Positions 16,171-27,400 of a stretch of 44,778 nucleotides of DNA are shown in pieces. The notes under the pieces are model-generated. The model ran no database searches. It worked only from the letters and a program-made list of their open reading frames with translations, and was not told the origin of the DNA. Position 1 is the stretch's first letter. Each line of letters begins with the position of its first letter. Where the stretch lies: positions 1-44,778 of the forward strand of contig MHRY01000048.1 of assembly GCA_001822675.1 (NCBI GenBank), given 5' to 3'. The stretch comes from Candidatus Taylorbacteria bacterium RIFCSPLOWO2_01_FULL_45_34b. GTDB taxonomy: Bacteria > Patescibacteriota > Minisyncoccia > Phycocordibacterales > DSPV01. The translations under genes and the position numbers were made by a program.

Positions 16171-16893
16171 ATGGAAAATATGGAAGGTCCAAAACAGAGC
16201 AGTTTAGCAGTGCCAATTGCCATTGTCATCGCCGGGATAATTGTGGGCGGCGCGATTATTTTCGGAAACAAAATACCGGTCGGAAATCAAGGAGCGGAAA
16301 AACCGACGGCTAAACCAGCCGAAGTGGGCGAGATGAGGCCAATCTCTTCGAGCGACCATATGCTCGGCAATCCATCCGCTCCTGTCGTCATCGTCGAGTA
16401 TTCGGACACCGAGTGTCCCTTCTGCAAAGTCTTCCATCGGACAATGAAAATTATTCTGAATGATTACGGAAAGACTGGCTCCGTGGCCTGGGTGTACCGC
16501 CACTTCCCTATTCCCGAACTTCACCCAAAAGCCAAACATGAAGCGGAAGCAACTGAATGTGCTTGGGAAATTGGTGGTAACACAAAATTCTTTGAGTACC
16601 TCGACCGTATTTTTACCATTACACCATCAAACAACGGACTAGATCCGGCAGAACTTCCAGTTATCGCCGAAGAAATTGGTTTGGATAAAGCGAAATTTAA
16701 CGCTTGCCTCGCAAGTGGTAAATACGCGGCAAAAATCGAAAATGATGTCGCGGATGCCCTTAAAGCAGGAGCCCGCGGCACTCCGCATAGCATTATTATC
16801 ACCAAAGATGGAACAAAAATTCCGATCGAAGGCGCCCAGCCGTACGAAATAGTCAAAGCAATGATTGACAGTGCTCTCGCGGAAATAAAGTAG
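16171..16893 (+). CDS. DsbA-family thiol:disulfide oxidoreductase, membrane-anchored
   Basis: N-terminal TM helix and a thioredoxin-fold CPFC active site. The start is taken at ATG 16171; the track ORF begins at TTG 16123. Confidence 0.85.
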   Translation: MENMEGPKQSSLAVPIAIVIAGIIVGGAIIFGNKIPVGNQGAEKPTAKPAEVGEMRPISSSDHMLGNPSAPVVIVEYSDTECPFCKVFHRTMKIILNDYGKTGSVAWVYRHFPIPELHPKAKHEAEATECAWEIGGNTKFFEYLDRIFTITPSNNGLDPAELPVIAEEIGLDKAKFNACLASGKYAAKIENDVADALKAGARGTPHSIIITKDGTKIPIEGAQPYEIVKAMIDSALAEIK

Positions 16894-16908
16894 ACAAACA
16901 GAAGAAGC

Positions 16909-16939
16909 GGGGTCGGCCAAAGGCCGACCCCTGTTTTTT
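16909..16939 (+). terminator. Intrinsic terminator
   Basis: GGGGTCGGCC-AAA-GGCCGACCCC followed by TGTTTTTT. Confidence 0.85.
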
Positions 16940-16942
16940 ACT

Positions 16943-16978
16943 TTACGAATTAACTTCCGGTCGGAAGTTAATTCGTAA
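16943..16978. repeat. Perfect 17-bp-arm palindrome, centre CCG-GT-CGG
   Basis: TTACGAATTAACTTCCG-GT-CGGAAGTTAATTCGTAA lies between convergent genes, immediately after a normal terminator. Confidence 0.7.
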
Positions 16979-17001
16979 TAACATCATAACGTAAGCCGCT
17001 T

Positions 17002-19923
17002 TTACTCACTCATCCGTTTTAATCCGCACCACTCACACTTTTTATCATCACAAGTTTCAGTCAAAATCTTCCCACTCCAAACACTCTCGATAAGCAACTC
17101 AATTTCATCCCTCACCTTTTGAATATCGGCGTTGACGATAGAAAGGGTCACGGTCGGACATCTACCTTTTTGATCTGGCGTGACGAATACCAGAGATAGC
17201 GTAATCGGTCGACCTTTGAAACGATGGCCTCGGCTGAGCAAAAGTTCGTAAAAAACCAATTGGCGGAAATAACTGCCATCGCTTGATTTGGTCTGGCCTT
17301 TTATGGCGGCCGCACTCATCGCCTGCCGCGTCTTGTAATCAAAAACAAAAACTTCTTTGCCAGTATCAATAATGGCGTCCAATTTGCCGTGGATAGGAAC
17401 GGAAAGAGACTCTTTCTGAAAAATCCCCTCAAAAACACTTTCACTCCACTCTTCAGCAAAAATTTTTCCTTGGAGGGCGAAGTGCGGAGCAAGAGCTTTC
17501 GCCACAACTTCGGCACTTTCCTCAAGTTCAGCTTCGACCGCTTCTTTTTCAAATAATGGAAGGCGCGAATGTGCTTTAAAAAAAGCAACGGCTTCAAGAA
17601 TAGATTTTTCAATGTTTTTTTGATCTCGACTCTTCATTTTCCAAACACGCGAGAAGGCATCGTGCATGACCGTTCCTTTTTCGGCGGAAGGCGCGGGAGC
17701 TTGTGGTAGTTTCAAAATACTTTGATACAGAAACTCGCTCGGGCAATTTATAAAATGATTGAGCGCTGTGACAGACAACCCCTTTTGAAGGATGGCTTGT
17801 TTTGCATACTCTTGCAGTTTGGTGTGGCTGCCCTTTTTAGAGACAAAAAGACTTTCCGACTCCAAGGTTTTCTTTTTTTCAACCACCATTCTCTCAACAG
17901 ATTTCTGATCAATTTCCGAGATAAAACGGAGTGGCGAAAGCGCCCTCCCGCCAGATTCTTCTTCCGCGAAGAGAATCGTTACGTGCTTGCGAGCGCGAGT
18001 GAGCGCCACATAAAAAAGTCTCCGCGCGTCAGAAACATCATCTCCCTCCGTCTTTGTTTTTGGCAATAGAAAATAACTTCCGCGGCTACGCCCCATCCAT
18101 GATTCTTCACTGGCGTAGGGAATAAACACATAGTCAAACTCAAGCCCCTTACTTCCGTGCGCCGTCATCGCGCGAATGGGATAGTCGGACACACCGACAC
18201 TTACTTTAACACTACGAGTTTCCGCCGACGTCCGGTATAAAAGAAGTGAGGTAATGAGTTCTAGCGGTGAGCTGACATTGCTCTCTTTCTGAACTGATTC
18301 AGCAAGTTCCACAATCCCCCGCCACACCTCGACAAAAGACGGGTCGTGCGAAACCAGCGTCCTGTAGCCCGATAGCTCGGCGAGCTTAATAAGAAACTGC
18401 ACCGGTGCGTCTTCCAAAAGACATTTTCGAATTTCCCGCAAAACCGGAATGCTTTTCTCCACCTCACCTACGTTGCCACTTCGAAGTTTTTGGATATGAC
18501 TAATCGCTTCGGAGAATTCCAAATCCCACAGTCCTGCCACGAGCGTTTTGGCTAACGCCTCTCTTTTTGTTGGATCAGCGAGGTATTCAATAAGATTAAA
18601 AAATAAGATGCCGGCCGGATGCGAAAAAACATCAATTTTCCGCTCCGATGAAACCGGAATATCTTGTGTTTCTAGAAGTGTCAATACTTGATTAAGTTCG
18701 CGATTACGCCGAACAATAATGGCCACTTCTGCCTTCGGCTCTTTTTTTGCTATTTTTTTAATCTCTTCTACCAAATGAGACTCAAGCGAAGTTTCATCAG
18801 GTGCGATAACAAACGAAAGTGGCTGTTTTTTATGCGGCGCGACCGACTGGAGTTTCACTCGAAGATTTGTATGCTCCCCATCGGTATAATTTTTCTCAAT
18901 CATGGCAAAACTAGCGTCGAGAATGGCTTGATGCGAGCGATAATTCTTTTGGAGTAGGACAATTTTCATGTCCTTCCATAGATGCTCAAATTTCAAAAAA
19001 TTTTGTACCGAAGCGCCTTGAAAGCGATAGATGGCCTGCTTCTCATCGCCAACAATAAAGACATTCGGCGTTTCAAAAAAATCCGCGAGCATAGAAATCA
19101 ACAAGTTCTGGGAATCATTAGTATCTTGATGCTCATCTACGTGGATGTAGAGGAATCGCTCTTGAATAAGCCGGAGCAAGAGTTCGTCTTTTTTGAAAGC
19201 AACCAGAAGTTCAATGATGAGATCGTCGTAGTCCATTTGTTGCTGTTCTTTCTTTTTGGCTTCATAGCGCGTATAGACGTCTGCAAAAAGCAGTGTCCGT
19301 TTGCACTTCTCAATGTCTTTTTTTGCTTCGGCTTTCAGTTCGCCTTTGCTTTTGCCACGCGTGGAAATGGAACTCTCTTCGGTAGAAATTTTCTTCTCTT
19401 CTTTTTTTGCATACGCTCGGACATCTTCTGCCGTCCACGCCTCACGCTTGGCCTGACTTATTGCCGAAATAACACTCGAAATATAAAAATCCGGTTTGCC
19501 GATCGGCCGAAGATCCCCGAAAGCTTGGTCTTTAAGAATGTCACGGATAAAACTTTCAATTTCAACATCGCTTAATTGCGTCGCGCCTTGGAGATGTGGA
19601 AAATGCTCACCAAGTTCTCCAATGATCGAAGCGGCAAAACTGTGAAAAGTATGAATCCTCACTTCGTGTGCGCGCTCGCCAATGACTTCGAGAAGCTGGT
19701 TTCGCATCGCCTTGACGCCAGCATCCGTGTAGGTAATCGCCAAAATACCCGATGGCGGTGTATCGGTTTTTTGGAGAATGTTCGCGATGCGAAGGGTCAA
19801 AATAGTGGTCTTGCCGGTACCCGGGCCAGCAATAACCATAACCGGCCCTTCGATAGTATTAACTGCCTCACGTTGCTCCGCATTCAGTTTTTTGTATCGG
19901 ACATCGAATTCAGACGTTTTCAT
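17002..19923 (-). CDS. UvrD/PcrA-type superfamily 1 helicase fused to a C-terminal PD-(D/E)XK (AddB/Cas4-like) nuclease with Fe-S cysteines
   Basis: 973 aa. Walker A AGPGTGKT, motif II VDEHQD and motif VI VALTRAR. The C-terminal nuclease has GKLDAII...VFDYKT, and its cysteines are NCPSEF ... C-x5-C-x2-C at the end. Confidence 0.9.
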   Translation of the reverse strand: MKTSEFDVRYKKLNAEQREAVNTIEGPVMVIAGPGTGKTTILTLRIANILQKTDTPPSGILAITYTDAGVKAMRNQLLEVIGERAHEVRIHTFHSFAASIIGELGEHFPHLQGATQLSDVEIESFIRDILKDQAFGDLRPIGKPDFYISSVISAISQAKREAWTAEDVRAYAKKEEKKISTEESSISTRGKSKGELKAEAKKDIEKCKRTLLFADVYTRYEAKKKEQQQMDYDDLIIELLVAFKKDELLLRLIQERFLYIHVDEHQDTNDSQNLLISMLADFFETPNVFIVGDEKQAIYRFQGASVQNFLKFEHLWKDMKIVLLQKNYRSHQAILDASFAMIEKNYTDGEHTNLRVKLQSVAPHKKQPLSFVIAPDETSLESHLVEEIKKIAKKEPKAEVAIIVRRNRELNQVLTLLETQDIPVSSERKIDVFSHPAGILFFNLIEYLADPTKREALAKTLVAGLWDLEFSEAISHIQKLRSGNVGEVEKSIPVLREIRKCLLEDAPVQFLIKLAELSGYRTLVSHDPSFVEVWRGIVELAESVQKESNVSSPLELITSLLLYRTSAETRSVKVSVGVSDYPIRAMTAHGSKGLEFDYVFIPYASEESWMGRSRGSYFLLPKTKTEGDDVSDARRLFYVALTRARKHVTILFAEEESGGRALSPLRFISEIDQKSVERMVVEKKKTLESESLFVSKKGSHTKLQEYAKQAILQKGLSVTALNHFINCPSEFLYQSILKLPQAPAPSAEKGTVMHDAFSRVWKMKSRDQKNIEKSILEAVAFFKAHSRLPLFEKEAVEAELEESAEVVAKALAPHFALQGKIFAEEWSESVFEGIFQKESLSVPIHGKLDAIIDTGKEVFVFDYKTRQAMSAAAIKGQTKSSDGSYFRQLVFYELLLSRGHRFKGRPITLSLVFVTPDQKGRCPTVTLSIVNADIQKVRDEIELLIESVWSGKILTETCDDKKCEWCGLKRMSE

Positions 19924-20007
19924 GTGGGAGTGATTATAGCATGTGATTTTTAACCTAGACCGCCCTCGTTTGCATAATATTGCAAAAGGTGCTTAAATAA
20001 GCGTTAG

Positions 20008-20220
20008 ATGAAAACTACAACCAATTGTAACTTAACGTTCGAACAGATAGGTATCGGGGGCAAGTTCGTATCATACGTCGAGGAGGACGACGAAGACCCT
20101 GTTGTCTTCAAGAAAACAACTCCGAGACAAGCTGTCGCCGAAACGGGCCAGGTTGTCGAGTTTGGAAGGGTCGACTCAATATTCCCCTACACCCCCGCAC
20201 TCCTCCAAAAGTGCGCCTGA
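20008..20220 (+). CDS. Hypothetical small acidic protein
   Basis: 70 aa. Promoter TTGCAT-17-TTAAAT lies upstream and a terminator downstream. I recognise no family. Confidence 0.45.
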   Translation: MKTTTNCNLTFEQIGIGGKFVSYVEEDDEDPVVFKKTTPRQAVAETGQVVEFGRVDSIFPYTPALLQKCA

Positions 20221-20246
20221 AAAAAATCCGAACGGCGCACCCAAAA

Positions 20247-20323
20247 GGCCGTCCCCGACTCTCATCCGGGCCGGCTTTTTTTAATAGCGAAGTCGCAAAT
20301 GGCGAGGTTGAACCTCGCCATTT
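20247..20323 (+). repeat. Two-part module, copy 1: terminator with a CCCGACTCTCATCCGGG core, then hairpin AAATGGCGAGGTT-G-AACCTCGCCATTT
   Basis: It is paralogous to 21062..21131. The second hairpin differs by a compensatory G-C to A-T change. Confidence 0.6.
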
Positions 20324-20421
20324 CTAACATCCAGTTATCAAACCTAAAAATATTTGCAGTGTTCTAAAAACAATGCTAGATTGAAAACAGATACGAACAA
20401 CCACAAACGTTAGGAAGAGCT

Positions 20422-20949
20422 ATGACAAATATTCTACAGACTGTGGGTAATTTAAACCCCTCTCAACAGAACCTTATCAGCATGTCAGTACTAACACTGC
20501 TTGCAGTCGTTATTTTCATTTTGGGAGTGCTCATTCGAGCAGAATGGGAGAAGAGACGAAGATTTCGGATTGCCGGAAAAACAAAGGTAGAAGGAATCCG
20601 AGACAAACTCGAACTACTTAGAGGGGGGCGTGCGGGAGATTACGAGAAGTGGGTGTTAGAAATAATTACACTTCCAAGCGAAGGACTTTTTCTCTCCGAC
20701 TTCGCAACGAGCAAAAAGGAAATGCGAGATTTAAGGAAATGCAACGCTCTATATCAAGCCCGGTATATTCTGTTCGATATTTTGAGTGGGAGAAGAGAAT
20801 CAGCCTATGATGAACTCGTTGTTAAGCTCCGCAAAGAACTTGAGAAGGCGGATGTGAGCCTTAAGTATTTTGAGGTAAGTGAGAGTCAGTTAGCCGGATT
20901 TAAACCTCGCGAAAAGGTTCCCGCAAGTTCTTCCGTGGTATCTACCTGA
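20422..20949 (+). CDS. Hypothetical protein with one N-terminal TM helix
   Basis: 175 aa. Promoter TTGCAG-17-TAGATT, RBS AGGAAGAG, and terminator CCCGCGACC..GGTCGCGGG downstream. Confidence 0.6.
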   Translation: MTNILQTVGNLNPSQQNLISMSVLTLLAVVIFILGVLIRAEWEKRRRFRIAGKTKVEGIRDKLELLRGGRAGDYEKWVLEIITLPSEGLFLSDFATSKKEMRDLRKCNALYQARYILFDILSGRRESAYDELVVKLRKELEKADVSLKYFEVSESQLAGFKPREKVPASSSVVST

Positions 20950-21061
20950 CATCGGACAACTAATGATCTTTGTACGCCCCGCGACCATCCTCGGTCGCGG
21001 GATTTCTTAAGGCTGTAAGGCTGAGCCTTACGGGGCTTAGTCGATATGGACGCCAACGTCC

Positions 21062-21131
21062 AAAAAACCGCACCCGATTCTCATCTGGTGCGGTTTTTTC
21101 TTTTTAATGGCAAGGTTCAACCTTGCCATTA
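21062..21131 (+). repeat. Two-part module, copy 2: terminator with an ACCCGATTCTCATCTGGT core, then hairpin TAATGGCAAGGTT-C-AACCTTGCCATTA
   Basis: See 20247..20323. Confidence 0.6.
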
Positions 21132-21370
21132 GATATCATGTTATATTTTTTGTAGCTTTTTAATTTCTTCGGCTAAAAGTTTCTCAAAAGTAATAACTTT
21201 TCGTTTATCTAAATTTTTGTAATTCCCTCGAATATAACTTGAAAAAGAAAGTAGTCTGTTGTCCAATTCAGAATCAAGAGTACTTGGAGGCGAGGCCTCC
21301 AAGTAGAGATGCCCCTCTTATTTCTTGAAGCTCCTGAAGCTAGTGAAGCTAGTGAAGCTAAAAGCTCATC

Positions 21371-22600
21371 TTAGTAGCTCTTGAGCCGAGCGGCTTTTTC
21401 GTGTTGGCGGATTTTTTCGTGAGCTTTGGCTTCGATTTGGCGAATACGTTCGCGGGTCACGCCGAACTTCTGACCGACTTCTTCAAGCGTGTGAGTGATA
21501 CCATCATTTAGACCATGTCGCATTTCAAGAATGCGACGTTCTTTCTCAGAAAGATCGCCGAGCACCTCCTTAACTTGATCAGCTAAAATGCGACGCGAGG
21601 CTTCTTGATCTGGCGAAAGAATCTTATCATCGGCCAGAAAATCACCAAGCGTTGATTTGCCATCGTCAGAATCTTCACCGACCGGACTTTCAAGCGACAC
21701 GGTGTCTTGATCTATTTTTTCAATATTATAAATTTTTTCAACTTCAAGCCCCATTTCAATAGCAATTTCTTCCGGAAGCGGATCACGGCCCAAGTCTTGG
21801 GAAAGTCGTCGAACTACCTGCTTGTATTTGGCAATCGTCTCCACCATATGCACCGGCACGCGAATAGTGCGAGATTGATCGGCAAGGGCGCGAGTGATAG
21901 CCTGCCGAATCCACCATGTCGCATAAGTTGAAAACTTGTAGCCTTTTGTCCAATCAAATTTATCTACCGCCTTAAAAAGCCCGAGGTTGCCTTCCTGAAT
22001 GAGGTCGAGCAAGGTTAAATCGGGGCTGCGTCCCACATATTTTTTGGCAATAGAGACAACCAAACGCAAGTTGGCCTTGGCCAAAAGATTTTTGGCTTCC
22101 ATATCTCCCGCTTGAATGCGCTTGGCCAACTCTTTTTCTTCGGCAGCGTGAATAAGCGGATACTGGCCGATTTCTTTCAAATACATTTGAATAGAATCGT
22201 AGGATGATTCGCTTTTGTTGTACTGACTCTTGATTTCTTCAGGATTCAAATCGAGCACTCCCCCGCCTTCCAAAACGTCAATGCCGGCGGTGGCAAGTTT
22301 AGCGTACAATTCTTCAAGAAAGATGATGTTGTCTTCAATTGTCGGAAACTCTTTGAGAATTTCATCATAGGTTATGAAACCGCGCTCCTTGCCTTTAGAG
22401 AGAAGCTTGCCAGCCTTATGTTCCTGATCTCTGACTTTTTTAGCGAGCGGGGAGAGCGCCTTACCTTCGGCCTTTTTAGAAACACTCGATTTCCGCAATT
22501 TGGCATCGGAAAAACGCTTCCGGCGAATTTCCTTTTTGATCCGCTTTGGCTTCGAAACTTTTTTCACCTTTCTTTTTTTATTGGCCGACTTTTTCACCAT
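21371..22600 (-). CDS. rpoD: Primary RNA polymerase sigma factor RpoD
   Basis: Lys-rich N-terminus, region 2 ([34 protein letters not shown]), region 3 and region 4 ([20 protein letters not shown]). Confidence 0.95.
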   Translation of the reverse strand: MVKKSANKKRKVKKVSKPKRIKKEIRRKRFSDAKLRKSSVSKKAEGKALSPLAKKVRDQEHKAGKLLSKGKERGFITYDEILKEFPTIEDNIIFLEELYAKLATAGIDVLEGGGVLDLNPEEIKSQYNKSESSYDSIQMYLKEIGQYPLIHAAEEKELAKRIQAGDMEAKNLLAKANLRLVVSIAKKYVGRSPDLTLLDLIQEGNLGLFKAVDKFDWTKGYKFSTYATWWIRQAITRALADQSRTIRVPVHMVETIAKYKQVVRRLSQDLGRDPLPEEIAIEMGLEVEKIYNIEKIDQDTVSLESPVGEDSDDGKSTLGDFLADDKILSPDQEASRRILADQVKEVLGDLSEKERRILEMRHGLNDGITHTLEEVGQKFGVTRERIRQIEAKAHEKIRQHEKAARLKSY

Positions 22601-22648
22601 ATGCGTAAATCTATATTATTTAGTAAAGTACATAGTAAACCAAAACGC

Positions 22649-24376
22649 TTATTTTGCAACGGAAAGCTCGTTCATTTGTTTTGAAAGTTCTTGACACCGC
22701 TTCAAGAGCTCCATAGCCCGCACCGTGTCTTTCATTTTTTCAGCCTCTTGAAGTTCGCGCATCGCCTTTCCAAATTCCTCTTTGACATGATCCCGATTCA
22801 AATTTTTGAGCAAATCCGCAAGTTCATGCTCAAAACCTTCCGCTCCGCCGAAGTATGCTTCCGCTTCAAATAAGAGCTCATTTTTAAAAGGTGCCAGCTC
22901 CGCCACAAGATTCTCGAGCTGTTCTTCACCAATAATTTCTCTAACCCTCTTTCTAATATTCTCCACAATCATGGGATCGCCCCCAAGATGCTCCTGCCAA
23001 AAGACCAAAGAGGTAAGACGACGTTCAATATATCCGCGGTGTGTTTTTTTATCTCCCCCTTCCCCTTTCTCCGCCCGATCGGGAGTAAATCCTTTTTGAT
23101 TGTCTGGCAGATCACCGAAACTTCTCGCTTTTTTTAATTCTTCCCAAATGGCATCGTGATGTACCGACATACGCTCGGCAATTTTGGCGACAAACTGCGA
23201 CTGCTCGATCTTGCTTTCAAGCGAAGAGACGAATGGTAGGACGGTACGGCTCACGCCTTCGGCCAATTTCCGCGCCGACGGTTTTTCCTTAAAAAGTGAT
23301 TCGAGCAGGAAATCAATGATATGACGCGAATGGGCTATGGCTTTTTTCCAATCTTCGGGATTGTCTTTGACCAAGTCAGCCGGATCTTTTCCTCCCGGCA
23401 AATCCGCGATCTTAACCTCGATACCCATCCGGAGCGCGATTTCGGCGCTTTTGACGGCGGCGCGGAAGCCGGCACTATCCGAATCAAAAGCCAGAATGGC
23501 GCGATTGCAGATTTTCCGAAGAATGGTGAGGTGGCTTCGGGTTAAGGCTGTGCCGGAAACCGCCACGGTATTTGTAAAACCGGCTTGATGAGAAAGAATG
23601 AGATCCATCTGCCCTTCGACCAAAATGCAAAAATTGTTTTTGCGAATCGAGAGTTTAGCTTTGTCCAAACCGTAAAGCGTCTCGGATTTGTTAAAGAGCG
23701 GAGTCTCCGGACTATTTAAGTACTTTGCGTCACTGTCGTCTTTGCCAAAAATTCGGCCGGAGAAAGCAATGACGCGTCCGGAAGTGTCAGCGATTGGAAA
23801 CATGATGCGGGAGCGGAAGCGGTCATAGTAGCCTTTGTCGCTTTTTTTAATAAGACCAGCCGCCTCGAGCTCCCCTTCACCCCACCCTTTCTTTTTCATG
23901 TGATCAAAGAGATCGCGCCATGAATCTGACGCAAAACCAATCCTCCAGTTGGAAATAGTTTCTTTTGTCACCCCGCGCTTCCCGAGGTATTCAAATGCCT
24001 CGGTGTTTCCTTGAAGTTTCGACTCGAAAAAAAGCGTGGCTTCCTCCATTTCACGAAAAAGCCGGTCTCTCGAATCACGCTCACCTTTTTCTTCCCGAAT
24101 AATTGGAACGCCCGCGCGCTCGGCCAAAACCTTAAGCGCTCCCATAAAATCTAAACCTTCAAATTTTTCGACAAATGTGAAAATGTCGCCCTTCTCCCCG
24201 CAACCAAAACAATAGAAGGTGTTGCGGACCGGCGAGAGGAAAAAAGAAGGCGTCTTTTCGTTGTGGAACGGACATTTGGCCTTAAAATTCTGCCCGGCTT
24301 TTTCGAGTTTAAGGTATGAACCAACCACATCCACAATAGAAAGTTTTTCTTTGATTGTATCTACGGTTCGAGACAT
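22649..24376 (-). CDS. dnaG: DNA primase DnaG
   Basis: N-terminal zinc ribbon (CPFHNEKTPSF...CFGCG) and a TOPRIM domain (LVEGQMD...FDSDSAG). Confidence 0.95.
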   Translation of the reverse strand: MSRTVDTIKEKLSIVDVVGSYLKLEKAGQNFKAKCPFHNEKTPSFFLSPVRNTFYCFGCGEKGDIFTFVEKFEGLDFMGALKVLAERAGVPIIREEKGERDSRDRLFREMEEATLFFESKLQGNTEAFEYLGKRGVTKETISNWRIGFASDSWRDLFDHMKKKGWGEGELEAAGLIKKSDKGYYDRFRSRIMFPIADTSGRVIAFSGRIFGKDDSDAKYLNSPETPLFNKSETLYGLDKAKLSIRKNNFCILVEGQMDLILSHQAGFTNTVAVSGTALTRSHLTILRKICNRAILAFDSDSAGFRAAVKSAEIALRMGIEVKIADLPGGKDPADLVKDNPEDWKKAIAHSRHIIDFLLESLFKEKPSARKLAEGVSRTVLPFVSSLESKIEQSQFVAKIAERMSVHHDAIWEELKKARSFGDLPDNQKGFTPDRAEKGEGGDKKTHRGYIERRLTSLVFWQEHLGGDPMIVENIRKRVREIIGEEQLENLVAELAPFKNELLFEAEAYFGGAEGFEHELADLLKNLNRDHVKEEFGKAMRELQEAEKMKDTVRAMELLKRCQELSKQMNELSVAK

Positions 24377-24473
24377 AGCTTTTGTTCAAAAAAGAACGGG
24401 TAACAACCCCAAAAAAGTTGCTAGGACCACCACCTACACCAAAACGAAGAGTTAGAAAGACGAGGAGAGGTGT

Positions 24474-27400
24474 TTAGGCCAACTCTTTTCCCACAATATC
24501 GCTCTCCAGTAGCGCTTGTCTCTCTTTCTCATGCAACTGCCTGATGAGTTCGTGTTTTGGACTGCCCGGGAATCCTGTACCAGCCGGAATGAGACGGCCG
24601 ATGATGACGTTTTCTTTAAGACCAACAAGGTGGTCAACATAGCCGCGGACCGAGGCGTTGATAAGCACGCGAGTCGTGTGTTGGAAGGAAGCGGCAGACA
24701 GAAAGCTCTTTCGCGAGAGCGACACTTCAGTAATGCCCATGACGGAGAGATCCACTTTCGCCTCCTCAAGATCTTTTTCTTTCGCTTTGCTGTTTGCGAC
24801 ATCAAGCTGGAATAGATCCACCACATCGCCCGCCGAAAGTTCCGTTCCACCAGCATCTTTGACGCGGCGGCGAGAGAACATCTGGCGAACAATAATTTCA
24901 ATATGCTTTCTGGCTACGGTCTCTCCTTGAAGTTCATAGAGCTTGCTCACTTCGTCAATAATATAATTTTGCGTCCGCTCTTTGCCGGCAAACTTGAAGT
25001 ACTCATCAATATCCGCCGAACCGTCGGTAATAAGATCGCCTTTCTTAACCGCATCGCCCACCTTAAAAAGCGGGGTTCTGCTGAAACTTACCGCGTATTC
25101 AATCTCGGCTTTCTTACCTTTACCCTTCTCTCCTAACTCTGGCAGGACGGTAATAACTTTTTCTTTACCAAGATCTTTAATGCCGGTAATAACACCATCA
25201 GTATGAGATACAGCCGCGGGATTCTTCGGCTTTCTCTTTTCAAACACTTCTTCAACGCGAGGTAAACCTTGAGTGATGTCGCCACCAACAGAGGCGGTAC
25301 CACCGGCGTGGAACGTACGCATCGTAAGCTGGGTGCCCGGCTCTCCGATCGCTTGCGCCGCAACCGTGCCAACCGCTTCACCCAAATCCACTTTCCGATC
25401 TTTGCCCGGGTCAAAACCATAGCACGTAGCGCATACCCCTTGAAGCGTTTTGCAATTCAAAGGTGAACGCACTTTAAGAGAGACCACGCCTGATTTTTCG
25501 AGTGAAAGTGCTTCAGCTTTGGAGAGCAAGTGTCCTTTTTTGAAAAGCACTTTGCCTGTTTTTTCCAAAACAACGTCTTCCGCGACAGTCCGCCCGCGAA
25601 CGCTCTTCGCGATTGAGATATCCATACCGGTCACGCTCTTGTTGGTAATAAACACCGACTCTTTCGTACCGCAATCTTGTTCAGTCACAATCGCGTCTTG
25701 GGCGACGTCGAAGAGACGGCGGGTCAAATATCCGGCCTTGGCAGTGTTGAGCGCGGTGTCGGTCAAGCCCTTACGTGAACCGTGGGTGGTAATAAAGTAT
25801 TCGATCGGCGTCAATCCTTCTTTCATAGACGAAAGAATCGGAAATTCAATCGTGTCTCCGGCAGTAGTAGCGATAAGACCTTTCATACCAACCATCTGGG
25901 TAATTTGGGAGAGTGAACCTCGAGCGCCGGATTTCCACAAATCGTAAACGGAACCGGCCGGATCGAGCGCTTCAGGAATCAATTTCTCAACGTCGTTTTT
26001 AGCGCCATGCCACACTTCGATATTTTTGCGAATTCGTTCATCAACAGACAGGAGTCCTTGATCATATTGGGAAGTAATCTGCTCTGATTTCACCTTGGCC
26101 TCTTTAATAGTCTCGTATTTGCCTTTTGGCACCACCACATCATCAATACCCCACGTCGTGCCAGAGTAGGTCGCGTACTTGAAACCAAAAACCTTGACCC
26201 GATCCAGAATGTCCGGAATATTTTCAATGCCGTAGCGAGAAATCAAATCATCAACAATACCCGACATTGTTTTCTTGTCTATTTCTTTATTAATGTAGGG
26301 ATAATCCGACGGCAAAACATTGTTGAAAAGTAATCGTCCAGCAGTCGTTTCAAACACTTTGCCCTCAAATTCCTTATACTTGGAAACGTCCGTGCCAATC
26401 ACTTTGATCTTGGCGCGAAAATCAATAGCGCCGAAATCAACCGCGGTAATAGCGCTGTTCGGATCGGCAAAATATTTTCCTTCACCGAGGCGGCCCGGAA
26501 TAAGTTTGGTCATCCAATAGCAACCCAGAATAATATCGAGGAGTTTGGCGGAAACAATCGGATCCCCGCTTCCCGGTTTGAGTACATTCTTGTCCGATGC
26601 CATGACCAATCGCGCTTCAAGTTGAGCTTCCTCGCCAAGCGGCACGTGTACTGCCATCTGATCGCCGTCGAAGTCCGCGTTAAACGCGGTACAAACAAGC
26701 GGATGGACTTGGATCGCGTCTCCTTCAATCAAAACCGGCTGGAACGCCTGAATACCGAGGCGGTGAAGGGTCGGCGCGCGGTTTAAGAGTACATACTTTC
26801 CAGTAATCACTTCTTCCAAAATAGCCCAGACTTCCGGAATTCCTTCTTCGATAAGACGGCCGGCGCCACGGATGTTGTAGGCCAATTCGCGTTCCAGCAG
26901 TTTTGAAATGACAAACGGTCGGAAAAGTTCAAGCGCCATATGCTTCGGCATGCCACATTCGTGCAATTTAAGATTCGGGCCGACGACAATAACGGAACGG
27001 CCGGAATAATCCACGCGCTTACCAAGCAAGTTCGAACGGAAAAGGCCGCGCTTGCCTTTGAGGTTATCAGAGAGAGACTTGAGCGGCCGGCGCTGGGCTT
27101 GGCTAATTGCGCCAGCTGATGCGTTGCCGTGGCGGATTGAGTTATCAATAAGAGAGTCCACCGCTTCCTGCAAAATTCTTTTTTCATTTCGAAGAATGAC
27201 ATCTGGCGCTTTGATTTCGAGCAGTTTGCGGAGACGGTTGTTGCGGTTAATAACACGACGATACAAATCGTTGACGTCCGAGGTCGCGTAACGGCCACCA
27301 TCGAGCGGAACCATCGGCCGGAGCGCTGGCGGAATAACGGGAATACGCGTCAAAAACATCCACTCGGGACGAAGTGTGTTTTGGTTCATTGAACGAACCA

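Noticed and set aside
17316-19953. ORFs overlapping the helicase-nuclease gene (for example 18982..19575(+) and 19576..19953(+))
   Set aside because: They are shadow ORFs on the opposite strand of a 973-aa gene with clear motifs.
21141-21318. A ~55-codon minus-strand reading frame ending ..YIRGNYKNLDKRKVITFEKLLAEEIKKLQKI
   Set aside because: It has no ATG or GTG start and begins right after an in-frame stop within the rpoD 3' repeat and hairpin region. It may be a gene remnant, but I cannot support a call.
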